Assembly: GCA_977018835.1 (NCBI GenBank)
Contig: OZ361257.1
Coordinates: forward strand, 2,790,001-2,854,000
Direction: 5' to 3'
Source: Minutocellus sp. GHC0000111
Lineage: Eukaryota
DNA length: 64,000 nucleotides
The notes under the pieces were generated by a model, which did not search any database, was not told where the DNA came from, and worked only from the letters and a program-made list of their open reading frames with translations. A program made the translations under genes and the position numbers. Position 1 is the first letter of the stretch; each line of letters begins with the position of its first letter. Shown here piece after piece: positions 48,587-61,179 of the stretch.

Positions 48587-51500
48587 TTATCTTCTCGTTG
48601 ATGGAATTCTCACAACGAATCTGTCATCGATGTCCCAGTCCGAGACAGGAAAGTGCCATGCCATTCCTCCGTCTGGACAGGGATTGCCTTGAATCTCTCT
48701 ACTAAAAAAGTCGGGGGTAGAGAACCCAATGGATCTATCGACACATTCGTTTCCAACAAAGGCCGTAAAGTTGTAGTTGACAATGTGGGAGCTGTACCAT
48801 CGTCGAAAGAGCCGTGGCTCCAGCATTTCCAGCTTGTGGTCGCGCATCTGATCATTACTTACTAGCATTGGTCGCGTGCCGGGCCAACGTCCGTCCTCGT
48901 TCTGTGGTGATACATCAATGTTGGCACCGTTGCGTGAAGCAATCTGATCCGAGACCGAAGCAATCATCCAGTAATAGTCATCCAACAACCTCGGCGGGAC
49001 GCGATAGAGCATTCCTTTCTCAATCAGACTGCATTATAAAGGAAGAGGAACGAAATGAGGTAGGTACCCTGTTAGAGACTCTTAAAACGAAAGGTCCAAC
49101 GCGACCGCAAATCTAACGATGGAAAAAGTCACTTACCCATCTCGAATATTAATTTCCTCGTCGGTGAGACGCTGCAACTCTCCAGCGAATCCGGTATTGA
49201 TTTTAAACGAATCAAAGCCATATTTATAGGGCAATACGACCAGAGGATTCTCCTTCAGCTTGATCAAAGCATCGACCACAAATTGGATTTGATGATAGTT
49301 GAACCTGCCCTGGTCAAAGTTTTGCATGTAATATGCTGCATTTGCACCGTCAACGATGGCAGTGAATGGTTCTCCGGTTCGAGTGCTTTCGTTCAAGATG
49401 TCATGGCAATTGTCGTGTCATTACAAGAGAGAGAGAGAGAGAGAAAATTGAACAAAGGCACGAAAAATGGCCCATCGGTGAGTGACGACTAGCGCATACA
49501 GAGGGAAAAATCGGCAAAGCAAAGGGGGGAACAAAATGATACTCACTCGAGCAAATCTGCAAAGCGACTCATTTCTTCAACGGCCCGCCGAGCGTCTTCC
49601 TTCTCCTTTTGTTTGTTGCCTCTAGCAAATTTGGCAGTTTCAGAAGCGGCGAGCTTCGCTAGGCTTGCTCTCAGCTGCTTTCTCTGCTCTTCATCCAGCA
49701 TAACTAGTCTCAGCCTTGCCTTCGTCCTTGGACAGACGCCGGTTTCGTGATCTACAGAGATCCGACTTGCAACGACCTCATCATGTTCAGCGACATCATT
49801 GAAAACACGCATTCCAGCCAGCGAATGCATCTCCTGTAAATTTCGCCCTTCGTGTTGATCCTTGAATCCAATAGCAAGAGCATTATACATCTTCCTTGCA
49901 GAGGCGGCAGTTATCTCCATGATATCTTCTGCCATTTCTGTTACAAGCTCATCGAACAATCCCAGGCCACTTGTCTGGGAATAGCCAAGGTCAGTGGCAA
50001 TGTCAATCGGCTCCGCATCTTCGCGGAAGCAGCCGTTCTCCGCAAGGGCTGATATCAGCATTACATAATTCTCTGGCTCCAAATGAACTGTTTCTGTGTT
50101 CCTCATCCGCTTAAAGAGTTTGAGAGCCGAGCTCACCTCCCCACTTTGGCAATACAGGCTCAATATTGGAAGATAAGAACGAAGTCGGACGACCGTACCT
50201 TCTTTGGACGCAAATATTTCCAACAATTGTTCCGCTCCCTGAGCATCGCCCTTGGATATTAAGCCTTTTACACGAAGCGAGGTGCTATTGTCCGTCGGCT
50301 CGTAGAGCATGTCGTGCCAAAGAGCAACTTCATCTTGGATATTCACACCATCATCTTTCTCCTCCTCCTCCTTTTCTTCAATAGCATCATCCTTGTTAGC
50401 ACTCTCAGCGTCGTCCATACGTGTACCCGAAATACCACAAAAAAGCGAGCTGATTGAAGAAAACTTACTTCCCCCTCTGTGACTGTCTCTCCTCGCAAAT
50501 GTAGAGAGCACTGATCCGCCGGTACTTACAACGTACAATATAGTGCTCATCAGGTCTTTGTGAGGCATCATTCCAGATTCCTTTATCTTTTCCCACATGA
50601 CTTCCACAGGGGCCGCCCTGGCACGTTTGGCGCAATTGGTCGCCAAGACCTGCACAGCTTTCTCAGCAACTTCATATTGCTCGAGCGTTAGGCCAGTCTC
50701 TTCGAGAAAAGATGCTCTCTGCTTTTCTAGTTCGCTCCGGAACCGATGCCCAAATGATTCTTCCTGTCCGTCGCTCATGCCGCACGGCGCTACTGGTTCT
50801 GAACTGCAGGCCTGTCTAAGCGTTGGCAAATCATATGGGATAGTTCTCTGATTATTCAAAAGCCATTTGTAGACAGGACGGAGGAATTCTTGCTTCTCAT
50901 CTTCTGTGGTATTCTTCATGCCCCTAGTCCTCATTTGAACAAATCTTTCTCTCTCAAGTTCTTCTCGCATGAGAGTTTCGTACTGCTCGAATGTTTCCTT
51001 GTCGTAAGCATTTGGATTCACAGGTTCCGGTTCGAAATTGGCACCATCGTCTGTTGTATCGAATATCGACCGGGCTCTTTCATTTGGCGGCGCAAGATTA
51101 TAGTCTCCGGAAAAAATGGAAGCGCTGGTGCTACTGGGGCCGTCGATGCTGCTAGAAGTACCTCTGCCTCTGTCGCCATTGGTAGAAAATTCGTCTCCGA
51201 GTCTACTCGCTTCCCTAGGGCCGAATGAGGAACGATCTTGGTCAATATCATTTCGTCGTCCTCCGTCGGGGTCGGGGTAGTTGTCCAGCCTGTCAAGTAA
51301 GTTGGCCAAGGTCGACCCCATCCCACCTCGATTCATACTTGTGCCAATCTTGTCGGCCCGGCGCCTTTCAATCAAGTCATCTACCTCATCAAAGAAAGAA
51401 ACGAACTTCTTTTCCCCGTTTGGCCGACTTCCTTCCCTTCCTCTTCTTGAACTCAACCGCCGGCCGTCTCTATCTTGGTTGTAGATGCTGCTCAGAGTTG

Positions 51501-51927
51501 GCCTTTGGTTGTCATTGTTTACAGTTGAGTTGTCATCCTCATCCACCAATAGACTGCTCAATGGTGGCATGGGATTACTCTGAGATCTGGCATCATTCTG
51601 TCGCTGCCGCTCCCGCTCGTTCCGGGCGGAGGTTTCTCCCCACAGATCAAGAGGGGACTTGCGCACGGACGTTTCATCCGTCGTGGGTCTACTCCGATAT
51701 CTATAGTCGACACCATCGTCCGCAGTTGCAGCAGCCACGTCCTCCCCATTCCTCATGGCTCGCAACGCAGCAGCACTGTCCCGTGGGGTGTGATCGTCAC
51801 CATCATCAAAAATGGACGAGGAAAATACTCGTGTTGTCAGAAGCACTTCTGGCTCGCAGAGATGACCAGCAGACAAACGTGATCGCAGCACCCGAGATGA
51901 TGGTGCTCTCAAAGGAAGTCTCAACAT
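48587..51927 (-). CDS. PRORP: Proteinaceous RNase P, intact (exons 51927-49547, 49385-49137, 49028-48587), with mitochondrial-type presequence
   Basis: R/L/S-rich N-terminus MLRLPLRAPSSRVLRSRL; PPR-like RLRSYLPILSLYCQSGEVSSALKLFKRM; NYN motifs DGAN, DDYYW, SNDQMRDH. Confidence 0.92.
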
Positions 51928-52264
51928 GTCGTCCGATACACTGCGTCAATAGTACGCCCAATGCACCAGCATACACCCAAGCTATCTGGTTGGCAGATTT
52001 GTTGATTTGTTTTACGCACGGACGGACCCCCGCACTCCATTATTTTTTAGTCGAATAAGTCAAGTAAGCAAATCAGTTGGTCTAAGCGCAAGAACAGCGC
52101 AAGGAAAAACATGTGACGCACCACAGTACGTGTTGCACATGGTGCGTCGTCGCTCAACGAAGTGCTTGTTCTCGCTTTGCTCACATCATATTCTTTCCCG
52201 GACCTTCTCCCTTCCGCTACGTTACTGGCTAGACTAGAGCTATTAGCTGCAACAATAGGAAACC

Positions 52265-53845
52265 ATGACCGAAACATCTGGATTCGACGTCGTAAGTTGC
52301 CTGCTCCTGTATTTCTCTGCGGCCCTTATCCTACCGGTCGGTGATGTGCCGATGTATCGGTTTTCACGGAAAATCTTTCTTGGATTCTTCTTTTTGTATG
52401 ATGTGGTGTGGAACAAAGAGTCTTTGTGGGAGAGAAATGACTTTCTTGTCGCTGAGAGGCTATGGAGATGGTCCGTTTGCGCCAACTAAATGTCCAATGA
52501 GCACCAACTTGGTTGATACAAATCAACACTTGCGCTTGTTCTTTCACAGCGACGAATTGGAATGGATCGGAATAATCGGACGCTAAAGAACAATGCCCTC
52601 TATTCCGAGATTCACCATTCCTGCATTTCTTGGCGATCCGATGGACCGTTCATCTTTCTCCGTATACACTTCAACTATTTATTCTCAATGCACTATACTG
52701 ATACTATATAATTTCCTCTTGTATTTTTCTGTCCGAACGCTCCCAATGATGTGTTGTATTGACTTTGCCAATGCCAATGCCAAATTAATGTCCATGAATC
52801 AACTTCCGCGGTACCATTTCTCAACGGATGGCGATGACAGGACGCCCCGACCCTCAATCGGTTCGTAATGGCCAACACTCGTGATCACGAGCTTGTGATC
52901 CTTCTCAACGCTATCGGTACCTCCTGCAAGCTCATTGCCTCGGCCGTCAAGCGGGCAGGTGTTGCTCAGCTCTATGGCCTTGCAGGTGAGGTGAACAGTA
53001 CCGGCGATGACCAGAAGAAGCTCGACGTTATGTCCGATGACATGACGATCAACGCCCTTGTCAACTCTGGAGTTTGCTCCGTCCTCGTTTCTGAAGAGAA
53101 GGAGGAGCCCATCATCGTCCCCAAGGAGAAGGCTGGCAAGTTCTGCGTCGCCTTCGATCCTCTCGACGGATCCAGTAACATTGACTGCAACGTCTCGGTC
53201 GGTACCATTTTCAGTGTTTTCGAAAAGAAGGAAGGATCCGAGGGAACCGTCGATGATCTTCTCCGGTCTGGGGCTGAATGCGTCTGCGCTGGTTACTGTG
53301 TCTACAGTTCTGCCGTCGAGCTTGTCTTCACCTTCCAGGGCGGCGGAGTCCACGGCTTCTGCCTCGACCCCGCCATCGGTGAGTTCATCCACACTCGTGT
53401 CAACATGCAGTTCCCCAAGGATGGCGGCAAGACCATCTTCGCATGCAACGAGGGCAACTCCAACTACTGGGACGAGCCCATCAAAAAGTCCATTGCCATC
53501 TTCAAGGAGGGTCCCAAGCCTTATTCTGCCCGCTACGTCGGTTCGATGGTTGCCGATATCCACCGCACCCTCCTCTACGGAGGCATTTTCCTCTACCCGG
53601 CCGACAATAAGTCCCCCAAGGGCAAGCTTCGCTGTCTGTACGAGGGCATTCCCATGGCCATGATTACCGAGCAGGCTGGCGGCATTGCCTCTGCGGGTAT
53701 GTTTGAGGGCAAGATCCAGCGAGTCCTTGACATTGTTCCTGATGCCATCCACTGCAAGTGCCCCATTATCATGGGTGGTAAGCGTGATGTTCAGATAGTT
53801 TACGATCAGTACAAGGCCGCTGGTATTGAGACCCCTGAGCTCTAA
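52265..53845 (+). CDS. FBP: Cytosolic fructose-1,6-bisphosphatase, second intact copy
   Basis: Same structure and motifs as 19289-20869; 3 aa differences. Confidence 0.95.
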
Positions 53846-54250
53846 GTATTGGTGATATATATCTTTGACTCTTTGTCGCATTGTGATGACTCGACTCGAC
53901 TCTACTCTGCTCTACTCGGAACTTCTTCCATTCGGCTGTTTTTGGTTTGTCTTTCCCGAGAGGTTGGAAGATTCAGCAAAAAAAAGATGGGTGCAGGCAA
54001 AAGAGAAGGATACATGCCATGATTTGTAAACATCTACTTGCATACTACTACTGCATGAAGCTACGCAGATAATTGGCTAATTAAAAATTTTACTACTCTA
54101 GTAAGTTTTGTTACGTGATATTGAACTGCGATTTTCTCCCATACGCCTCGTACCGGTTTCATCCCACATTCAGAAACCCGGAACAAAACCCGAAATCTCC
54201 CGCGCATCGCCCGCCCTCATGCTTTCTCATTTTCAAAAAGGCCAGCCAAG

Positions 54251-56195
54251 ATGAAGCGTTGCGCATCCGACATGTCCGAGGACGACTCCACCGGGAACGT
54301 CGCTCCCCCCGATGGTGGAGGAAAGAAGGCGGTAAGTTGTGGTTTTCGACGTGCGGTTAAAAGATTTGCAGATACCATGGTAATCCCATCAATTCATCGT
54401 ACGGCAAAGAGTGAACGTTCTAACTAATTTTACGTGATCTACCTCCCTAGCCCTCACCATTTTTCGTTGTATGACTGCAATTGTTCAAATAAATATCGTA
54501 ACAAGGCTGGAAATGATAGTAATGGCACGTCTGCAAATGGCAGCGCGGGCGCCGGAGCCTCCTGTCCCGCGGCTGCCGCTCGGGGCACATTGCAATTCCT
54601 CCTAAGTCGCAAGTCTGCGTTCGCTAATGAAACGGGTGCCCTACCGATCGGGGAGTTCGAGCCTCTAGCCCCGTCCGCTGCTGGAGGTGGTCCTCCTGGC
54701 GGCAGGGGTCTACACCCCTCGTCCCCTCTATCGACGGCCTGGGTCTTGGTCGTTGGTGCCGGTGGGTTGGGATGCGAGCTGCTCAAGGACCTGGCCCTTT
54801 GTAAGTATTAGAATATTTTTGTTTTTGTGACTCGTTTGTTGGGCTGCGTCGTTCTTGTTGCAATGTCAACTTTGCAACTGTTACGAGTAAATTCTTACAT
54901 AGGAATTCCTACTTGTAACCACTACTTTGCTCTTGCGAACTTTTAACTTACTTCACAGCTGGAGTGCCGAACGTCGATGTTATCGATCTTGATACAATCG
55001 ACGTTACCAACTTGAACCGACAATTCCTTTTCCGTCAGAAGGTGAGTATCTCTAGAAATGCAATTGGACCTTCTTTTATTTTCACTTCATAAATCGATCG
55101 CTTCCCTCCATACGATCGTACTGCAATACGTACATGTAAAGCTCATTCAAGCCACGGTCTCTTGTCTCATCTCTCCAGGATGTCGGCTCATCCAAGGCGG
55201 AAGTCGCTGCACGATTCATCAATGAACGCTGCCCCTGGATGAAGGTGACCGCTCACCACGGCAAGATACAGGACAAAGATCCCTCGTTCTACTCGTCATT
55301 TCAATGCATCATCTCTGGGCTGGACAACGTGGAGGCTAGACGATGGCTCAATGCCACGGTTTGTGGACTCGTAGAAGTAGACGAAGATGGTGATCCTGAT
55401 CCGGCTACTATCATTCCCATTATCGATGGAGGCACCGAAGGTTTCTCCGGCCAAGCTCGTGTGATTCTTCCAAGAGTCACTAGCTGCTTTGAATGCTCGA
55501 TTGATGCCTTTCCTCCTCAAAAGTCCTTTCCCCTCTGTACCGTCGCCGAGACTCCCAGACTGCCCGAGCATTGCATTGCTTACGCATTCACGTTGCAATG
55601 GCCTCGAGAATTCCCCAATCGCAAGCTGGATACTGATTCTCCCGAAGACATGAAGTGGGTTTATGAGCAAGCCCTGGCCCGTGCCGAGAAGTACAATATC
55701 TCCGGCGTTACGTACATGCTCACGATGGGCGTGGTGAAGAATATCATTCCCGCCGTTGCATCGACGAATGCCATCGTTGCTGCCGCTTGTGTGAATGAGA
55801 CTGTCAAGCTTCTCACCTTCTGCTCCCAGTCGCTCAACACATACATGATGTATATGGGTTCGCAAGGAGTTTACTCGCACACGTTCGTTTACGAGCAAAA
55901 GGCAGATTGTCCCGTTTGTACCTCCACCGTCCGTAAAATGACCATCGGTGCTCAGACCAGTCTCAATGAACTCATGCAGCAGCTGCGTGATGGCGATCTC
56001 CGTCTCAAGTCTCCCAGTATCACATCGGGCTCGGGCAAGACGCTGTACATGCAAAAGCCACCTGCTCTCGAGAAGGCAACGAGGCCCAACCTTGATAAGC
56101 CTCTCTCAACCCTAATTGCGAATGGTGAAGAGCTAGCTGTGACGGACCCCATGTTCCCCGATATCAATCTCACTCTTTCGATCACATGGGAATAA
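54251..56195 (+). CDS. UBA3: NEDD8-activating enzyme E1 catalytic subunit, second copy
   Basis: As 21285-23229. Confidence 0.93.
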
Positions 56196-56610
56196 TGCCT
56201 GTATCTTCTAGTAGCTACGCAGCTAGAGCTAGATAGTCTAGCTAGAGCTAGTTCTAGCTAGAGATATTTACTACGTAGTAATGAGAAAAGTTTTCAGAGA
56301 ATAATGCTCATTATTATAGTAGTATGTTGTAGAACGATCACCTAACTCGCCTACTACGTAGCTAGTGACATTCTTTGCTGATATGTGATATGTTTTAGAT
56401 CTACTTACAATGACGTTTTGGCAAATTGACTTGCCTCTTCATTGTGTTTATACTCATCGAATAGGACATCGCACTCTAAACAAACCCGAGAAGGAAAGCG
56501 TCGTCCTTACTGCGCTTCTTCTTCAGAAGGCGGTGGAGGACATGTGTGCTGAAATCCGAACCAATCGAATACCTACGTAAGAAAGACAGGAAGGTCTCAA
56601 ATCAGAGCAT

Positions 56611-56725
56611 TTACTGAAGGGCGCCAATGATGGGGAGGTCAGCAACCATGCCAATCTCGTTGAGCTTCTCGTGGACCATGAGGCCGAGGATGCCCATCAT
56701 GGCGGCACGGCCGTTGTTGAGCTCG

Positions 56726-56760
<35 letters not shown>

Positions 56761-57487
56761 GGAATCCCAGCCGAAGTCGAGGGCACCGTTGCGGAAATCG
56801 CCGGGGAACTCAGCCTCGCCAGTGACGTCCTTCATGACACCGAGCTCAAGGAAGCCAACGAAGAGGAAGATCTGGATCAGACCAGCCTGGGGGATGGCGT
56901 TGGGGCCGAAGACGGCGGCGAGACCGTTGGGGAAGGAGTCGAAGGAGTTTCCAGCCTTGTCGATGGCTCCATCGAGGTGGATGCCTGCACGGGTGACAAT
57001 CTGGCCAAGGAAGGCCTGCAAAAAGAAGGTGAAATCATCGTGGCGAGGTGGAATTTTGCGTGAGATGAGGCATTCTTGTGGGAATATAGAGGAACCAAAA
57101 AAATACTAGTAAATATTCCGAAAATTATGGTAATTGCATCAGAGCAATTCTTTGCCATATCTTTGTGCTTTTTTCAAGGGTGAAGTCCACAATGAAGCAT
57201 TTTCACAACGAACAACAACTTTTAGCACATGAAAGCAAGTGGGATATTTCGGGGTCACTCACAAGCTGGCAGATACGGCCGTGCTTGACCTCGACGTAAC
57301 GGAGGCGGTCGAAGCGCTCCTGGTCGGCATCCTCAAGAAGGCCGAGAGGATCGAAGAAGCCGAGGGGGGGCTGGGCGCCGAGCTCAGACTCGAAGGCCTT
57401 GAGGGCGGTGGAGGAGGCACCCTGCTGGGCAGGAGCAAAGGCCGAGGCGCCGGCGATGAGGGAGGCAATGGCAGCAAGCTTGAACAT
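56611..57487 (-). CDS. Lhcf: Lhcf fucoxanthin-chlorophyll protein, second copy
   Basis: As 23645-24521. Confidence 0.96.
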
Positions 57488-57859
57488 GGTTGGTTGATTG
57501 GATGTTGATGAGAACAAAAGTGAGGATCTCATCAGATCGCGCCAGCCATTTGCTGCATTTGGCACTGCCGATCTTCGCGCCTCATCGCTTTCAACTTGAG
57601 GTACTGGTGGATATACTTCAATATTCAGAGACCCGGAGGTGCTTGCCATGGCAATCGAATGAATCAACAACGAATCATCATCGAAAGATTCGAAATCGAG
57701 CAATGATGGTAGTCTCGAATCATCCATTTCAATCGAATCAATGCCATGGAAATCATCAATCCGTCGTAGATTGCAACATGCATGTACGTGTAGAGTCTAC
57801 ATGGAAACAGCGTTGCCACGTAGGACCGGATGCGGAACTATTTGCTATTTAAAAAGTCT

Positions 57860-58345
57860 CTAAACGTCAAACTTTTCTAGATCTAGATCGCCTGCCCATG
57901 TGGTTGTGAAGGATCCGTAGCTGATTTCAGATGCTGTCGATGTGTACGCAATGTCATAAGCGATATCATAGGAGATTCTGCCAGCGTTGCTGCCACTTTC
58001 TACAAAGACACCTCCACCAGCGCTGTAACCTAGTCTCCTTTTTGCCACTTTTCCCGCCGTAAATGCCCCCAGAAGGATAGCAGCCGAAGCAGAAACAGAC
58101 ACAACATTGGCTAGTTTGGCATGATCGACCTTGTCGAGTACCATTTCTTGCTCAGTCGCTATGTTGTGCAGCACTGCTTCCCCTTGGTCTTTCAGCACAA
58201 CTGAAACTGGTCTTCTTTGCCCCATGTCATCAACAATCCTATCCCTTCTACTACTAGCATCGCTCGATACAATCTGATGGGCACTCGAGGGGTGCTCAAC
58301 AATGCTTGTGCGTGTCCCTCCCATGGAATTTGCATCAGCATTTTC
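57860..58345 (-). pseudogene. 3' fragment of membrane protein at the array junction, second copy
   Basis: As 24897-25382. Confidence 0.5.
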
Positions 58346-58924
58346 TTAAGAAGGACGCCTCGTGTCCTTACTGTGCAGGGTGATTTGAAAGCCATAACAG
58401 GGAAGTACTTGGAAGAGAGTCAGGCAGAGCCAGTCCAAATCCAAGATGAAGAGGACGACGATGATGCCTTCTTTGATAGCTTTTTCAGAAAGGAGCTTGG
58501 GGAGAATTACGAAGAGAAGTTTGCGGTTGCGAATGACGAGATCGATGCGGACAAACTGCTCGACCTTTTCAATATGCCCGGCCTTGGCACCGAGGAGGAT
58601 AATGACGAGGCCATCAAAGGATTACTGGATGAAATCGCTTCTGATAGTCAAGGTAGATCACAATCAACAGACAGAATGATCAGCATTGCTAACGACGGAG
58701 CTAAAGCGCTTCCACTCTTTCCCTTTACATCGCCAGAGGGAAAGTCATATGCCTTTGTTCAGTTCAAAGAAAGTCCCTTGCTTGTCGGAAAAGAGGACCC
58801 AAAGATCGACAATACGCAACGACTTTTGCTGGACTCCACGGAGGCATCACTGATTCTGCCGAGAATAGAGGAGCAGCTAAAGGAGGAGCTTGCGTGTGTG
58901 ATTGATCAGGAGGAAGAAATTTAG
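58340..58924 (+). pseudogene. DUF3727-like 3' fragment, second copy (no internal frameshift)
   Basis: As 25377-25962, with a continuous frame. Confidence 0.55.
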
Positions 58925-59610
58925 GTTGGTAACAATAATTTTTTGCCTTTTTTAGACAGAATCAATCGCCTCATCTAATAAACATGACTGACTGAGTCTA
59001 ATGCAAGTTGCATGGAAGTTGCAGTCCAAGTGTACCTAGCTACGTAGGTAAGTACATGTATGTTCGCTGCGGCACCTCCATGAATCGATGTGGGATGATT
59101 GCCGCTGGGGAGCAGATCACATACATGTGTACCACTTTATCGATTGATTCTTCTTTCTCAATCAATCAAGATCCGCCCGATGTCAAAGCAATCTCGACTC
59201 TCGGGGAGATCTAGCTACGTACACGTAGGAATTCCTACCAGTACTCGTGAGTATATTATTCAGGGCTTCTTTTGACTCGACACTTGGAACTGCCTGTACA
59301 CTGTATTGTATGGGTCGCATTCCGCGTACATGCTGCCGTACCTAGCTAGGCCAACCATCCAACAGTCAGTGAATGTGGAGAAAAATTGCGGTGGCGAAAC
59401 GTTGGGTATCTACGCAGCTACGTAGATTTGATCTTCTACAGGTACAAACTAGCAAATGTAGATTTTAGCATTCCTCTCATGGATTTAATTCTGCGCGCGG
59501 GAAAATGAAAACGAATTAAGCAAGAATGCTTTTGTGAAGATGATACCAGCAATACGTCGTATTGCGTTGTCACTTTATGGAACTGTTTATACAAAGTCTA
59601 TTGTTATTGC

Positions 59611-60042
59611 TTACGAACGGGGCTTCTCCTTCTTCTCCTTGTAGAGGGCAAGGAGGGAGACACCGGCAACCTTGCAGACCTTGAATCGGACACCGGGAAT
59701 ATCACCAACGGCGTGGCCGGATCGGCCGAAACCAGAGATGAGGACCTCGTCGTTCTCGTCGACATAGTTGAGGCAACCATCGCGGGGGACGAAGGCGGCG
59801 ATCTTCTTGCCGTTCTTGATGAGCTGAACACGGACGCACTTACGGATAGCGGAGTTGGGCTGCTTGGCCTCGATGCCAATCTTCTCGAGCACGATGCCCT
59901 TGGCCATGGTGGCTCCACCCATGGGGTTGGCCTTCATGGCGGTGATGGAGTGGGCCTTGCAGTACTTCTGATCCCTCCAGCGCTGAGTGCGCCTGTGAGT
60001 TCGGAGCTTGCGGCCGGTGTTGATTCCCTGAGGCTTGCCCAT
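59611..60042 (-). CDS. RPS23: 40S ribosomal protein S23, intact 143 aa
   Basis: [14 protein letters not shown]...KEKKEKPRS. Confidence 0.97.
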   Translation of the reverse strand: MGKPQGINTGRKLRTHRRTQRWRDQKYCKAHSITAMKANPMGGATMAKGIVLEKIGIEAKQPNSAIRKCVRVQLIKNGKKIAAFVPRDGCLNYVDENDEVLISGFGRSGHAVGDIPGVRFKVCKVAGVSLLALYKEKKEKPRS

Positions 60043-60167
60043 CTTGTATTCTCCCCTCTTGTGTCTGCTAAAAAGATGAAGTTACGTGCAACGATACTGC
60101 AACGACTGCGATTTTATTGCGAGAGATGAGGAGAAAGAAAGGAAAAGAGCAGGTTAGTAAACAACGC

Positions 60168-60395
60168 TGATTCAGATGATCTTGCTTTTGATCAACACGC
60201 GGTCATCATGGGCCACTAGTAGTCCGCTGGCGGCAAACCCACTCCAGGCAACACCGAAGTCATCCTTCAACCGCCTTCTTCCCGGAAAAAAGCGATATCG
60301 CTCGACCGAAAAAGGGAAAGTCTCCCGACCGAAGAGGATCAATCTCGGCATTTCAACCATCCAAAAGCCTATCGTCGCAGCATCTCATCACAGTG
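60168..60395 (-). ncRNA. Candidate intronic C/D snoRNA, second copy
   Basis: As 27205-27432. Confidence 0.3.
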
Positions 60396-61179
60396 GGAGG
60401 GAGGGAAAGCCAAGAGAAGCATACTGGGCAATAACCCATAACCCATCTGTACCTGGGCGGACGATCGATCGATCTTTGCGCTTTATCGAGTTGCCACCAA
60501 TGCCAACGTACGATCACCACAAAACACTGACTGACTGATAGAGCAACCACACCAACGCTAATCCGAGGAGAGACGAAGCCAAAGGCCACGAGGAGATGCC
60601 CCTACTACGCACCTGAAGCGATGAAAGACGGAGGCGGGAGCAATTGGGTTCTGAGCACAATGCTTGAATCGAGTCGAGTCAGTCGACTAGAAAACTTACA
60701 TTCTTACTAAAGTAGCTACCAATATCCTTATCTTTAAATTATTAAAGGGATTGTCGGACTTCCGGGAAGCACCTACATACAAATCAGAGCACTCTTTCCT
60801 GCCGCCAAACCGCAGCACATGGCAGGCAATCAATGCGGCGGTAGCATCTCTTGATCTACATTACACTGCATGCGCGTTCTATACAGAAATATTGCGGTAA
60901 CGGTGCCGGTACCGGTAGACCTACCATGCATGCCGCCGTGTGTTGTCCTTGTGTTTGAGATTGTGTGAGATCGATCGAATCTGCAAATCAAAATTATCTG
61001 ATCTGATACCGACCGGTAGATCTAGTAGATCTAGATCTAGATGTCATTTTTAGACTCTTACTTTTCCGGATCTACTTGTAGTAGGATTCCTATACATGTA
61101 GATGTCTTTTATGTCTTTTTGAGAATCCATAGCTACGTACTGTACCGGCAGTAGTCTCTAGATCTAGCTCGTAGTAGAT

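Larger units (their letters stand above)
25380..58343. repeat. One complete ~33-kb tandem amplification unit (partial copies at 5579-25380 and 58343-64000)
   Basis: Near-identical sequence and ORF set recur at offsets of 32947-33025 bp (6761/39786, 11747/44736, 19892/52868, 25254/58217, 30067/63014). Unit ends are inferred from the truncated genes at the junction. Confidence 0.9.
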
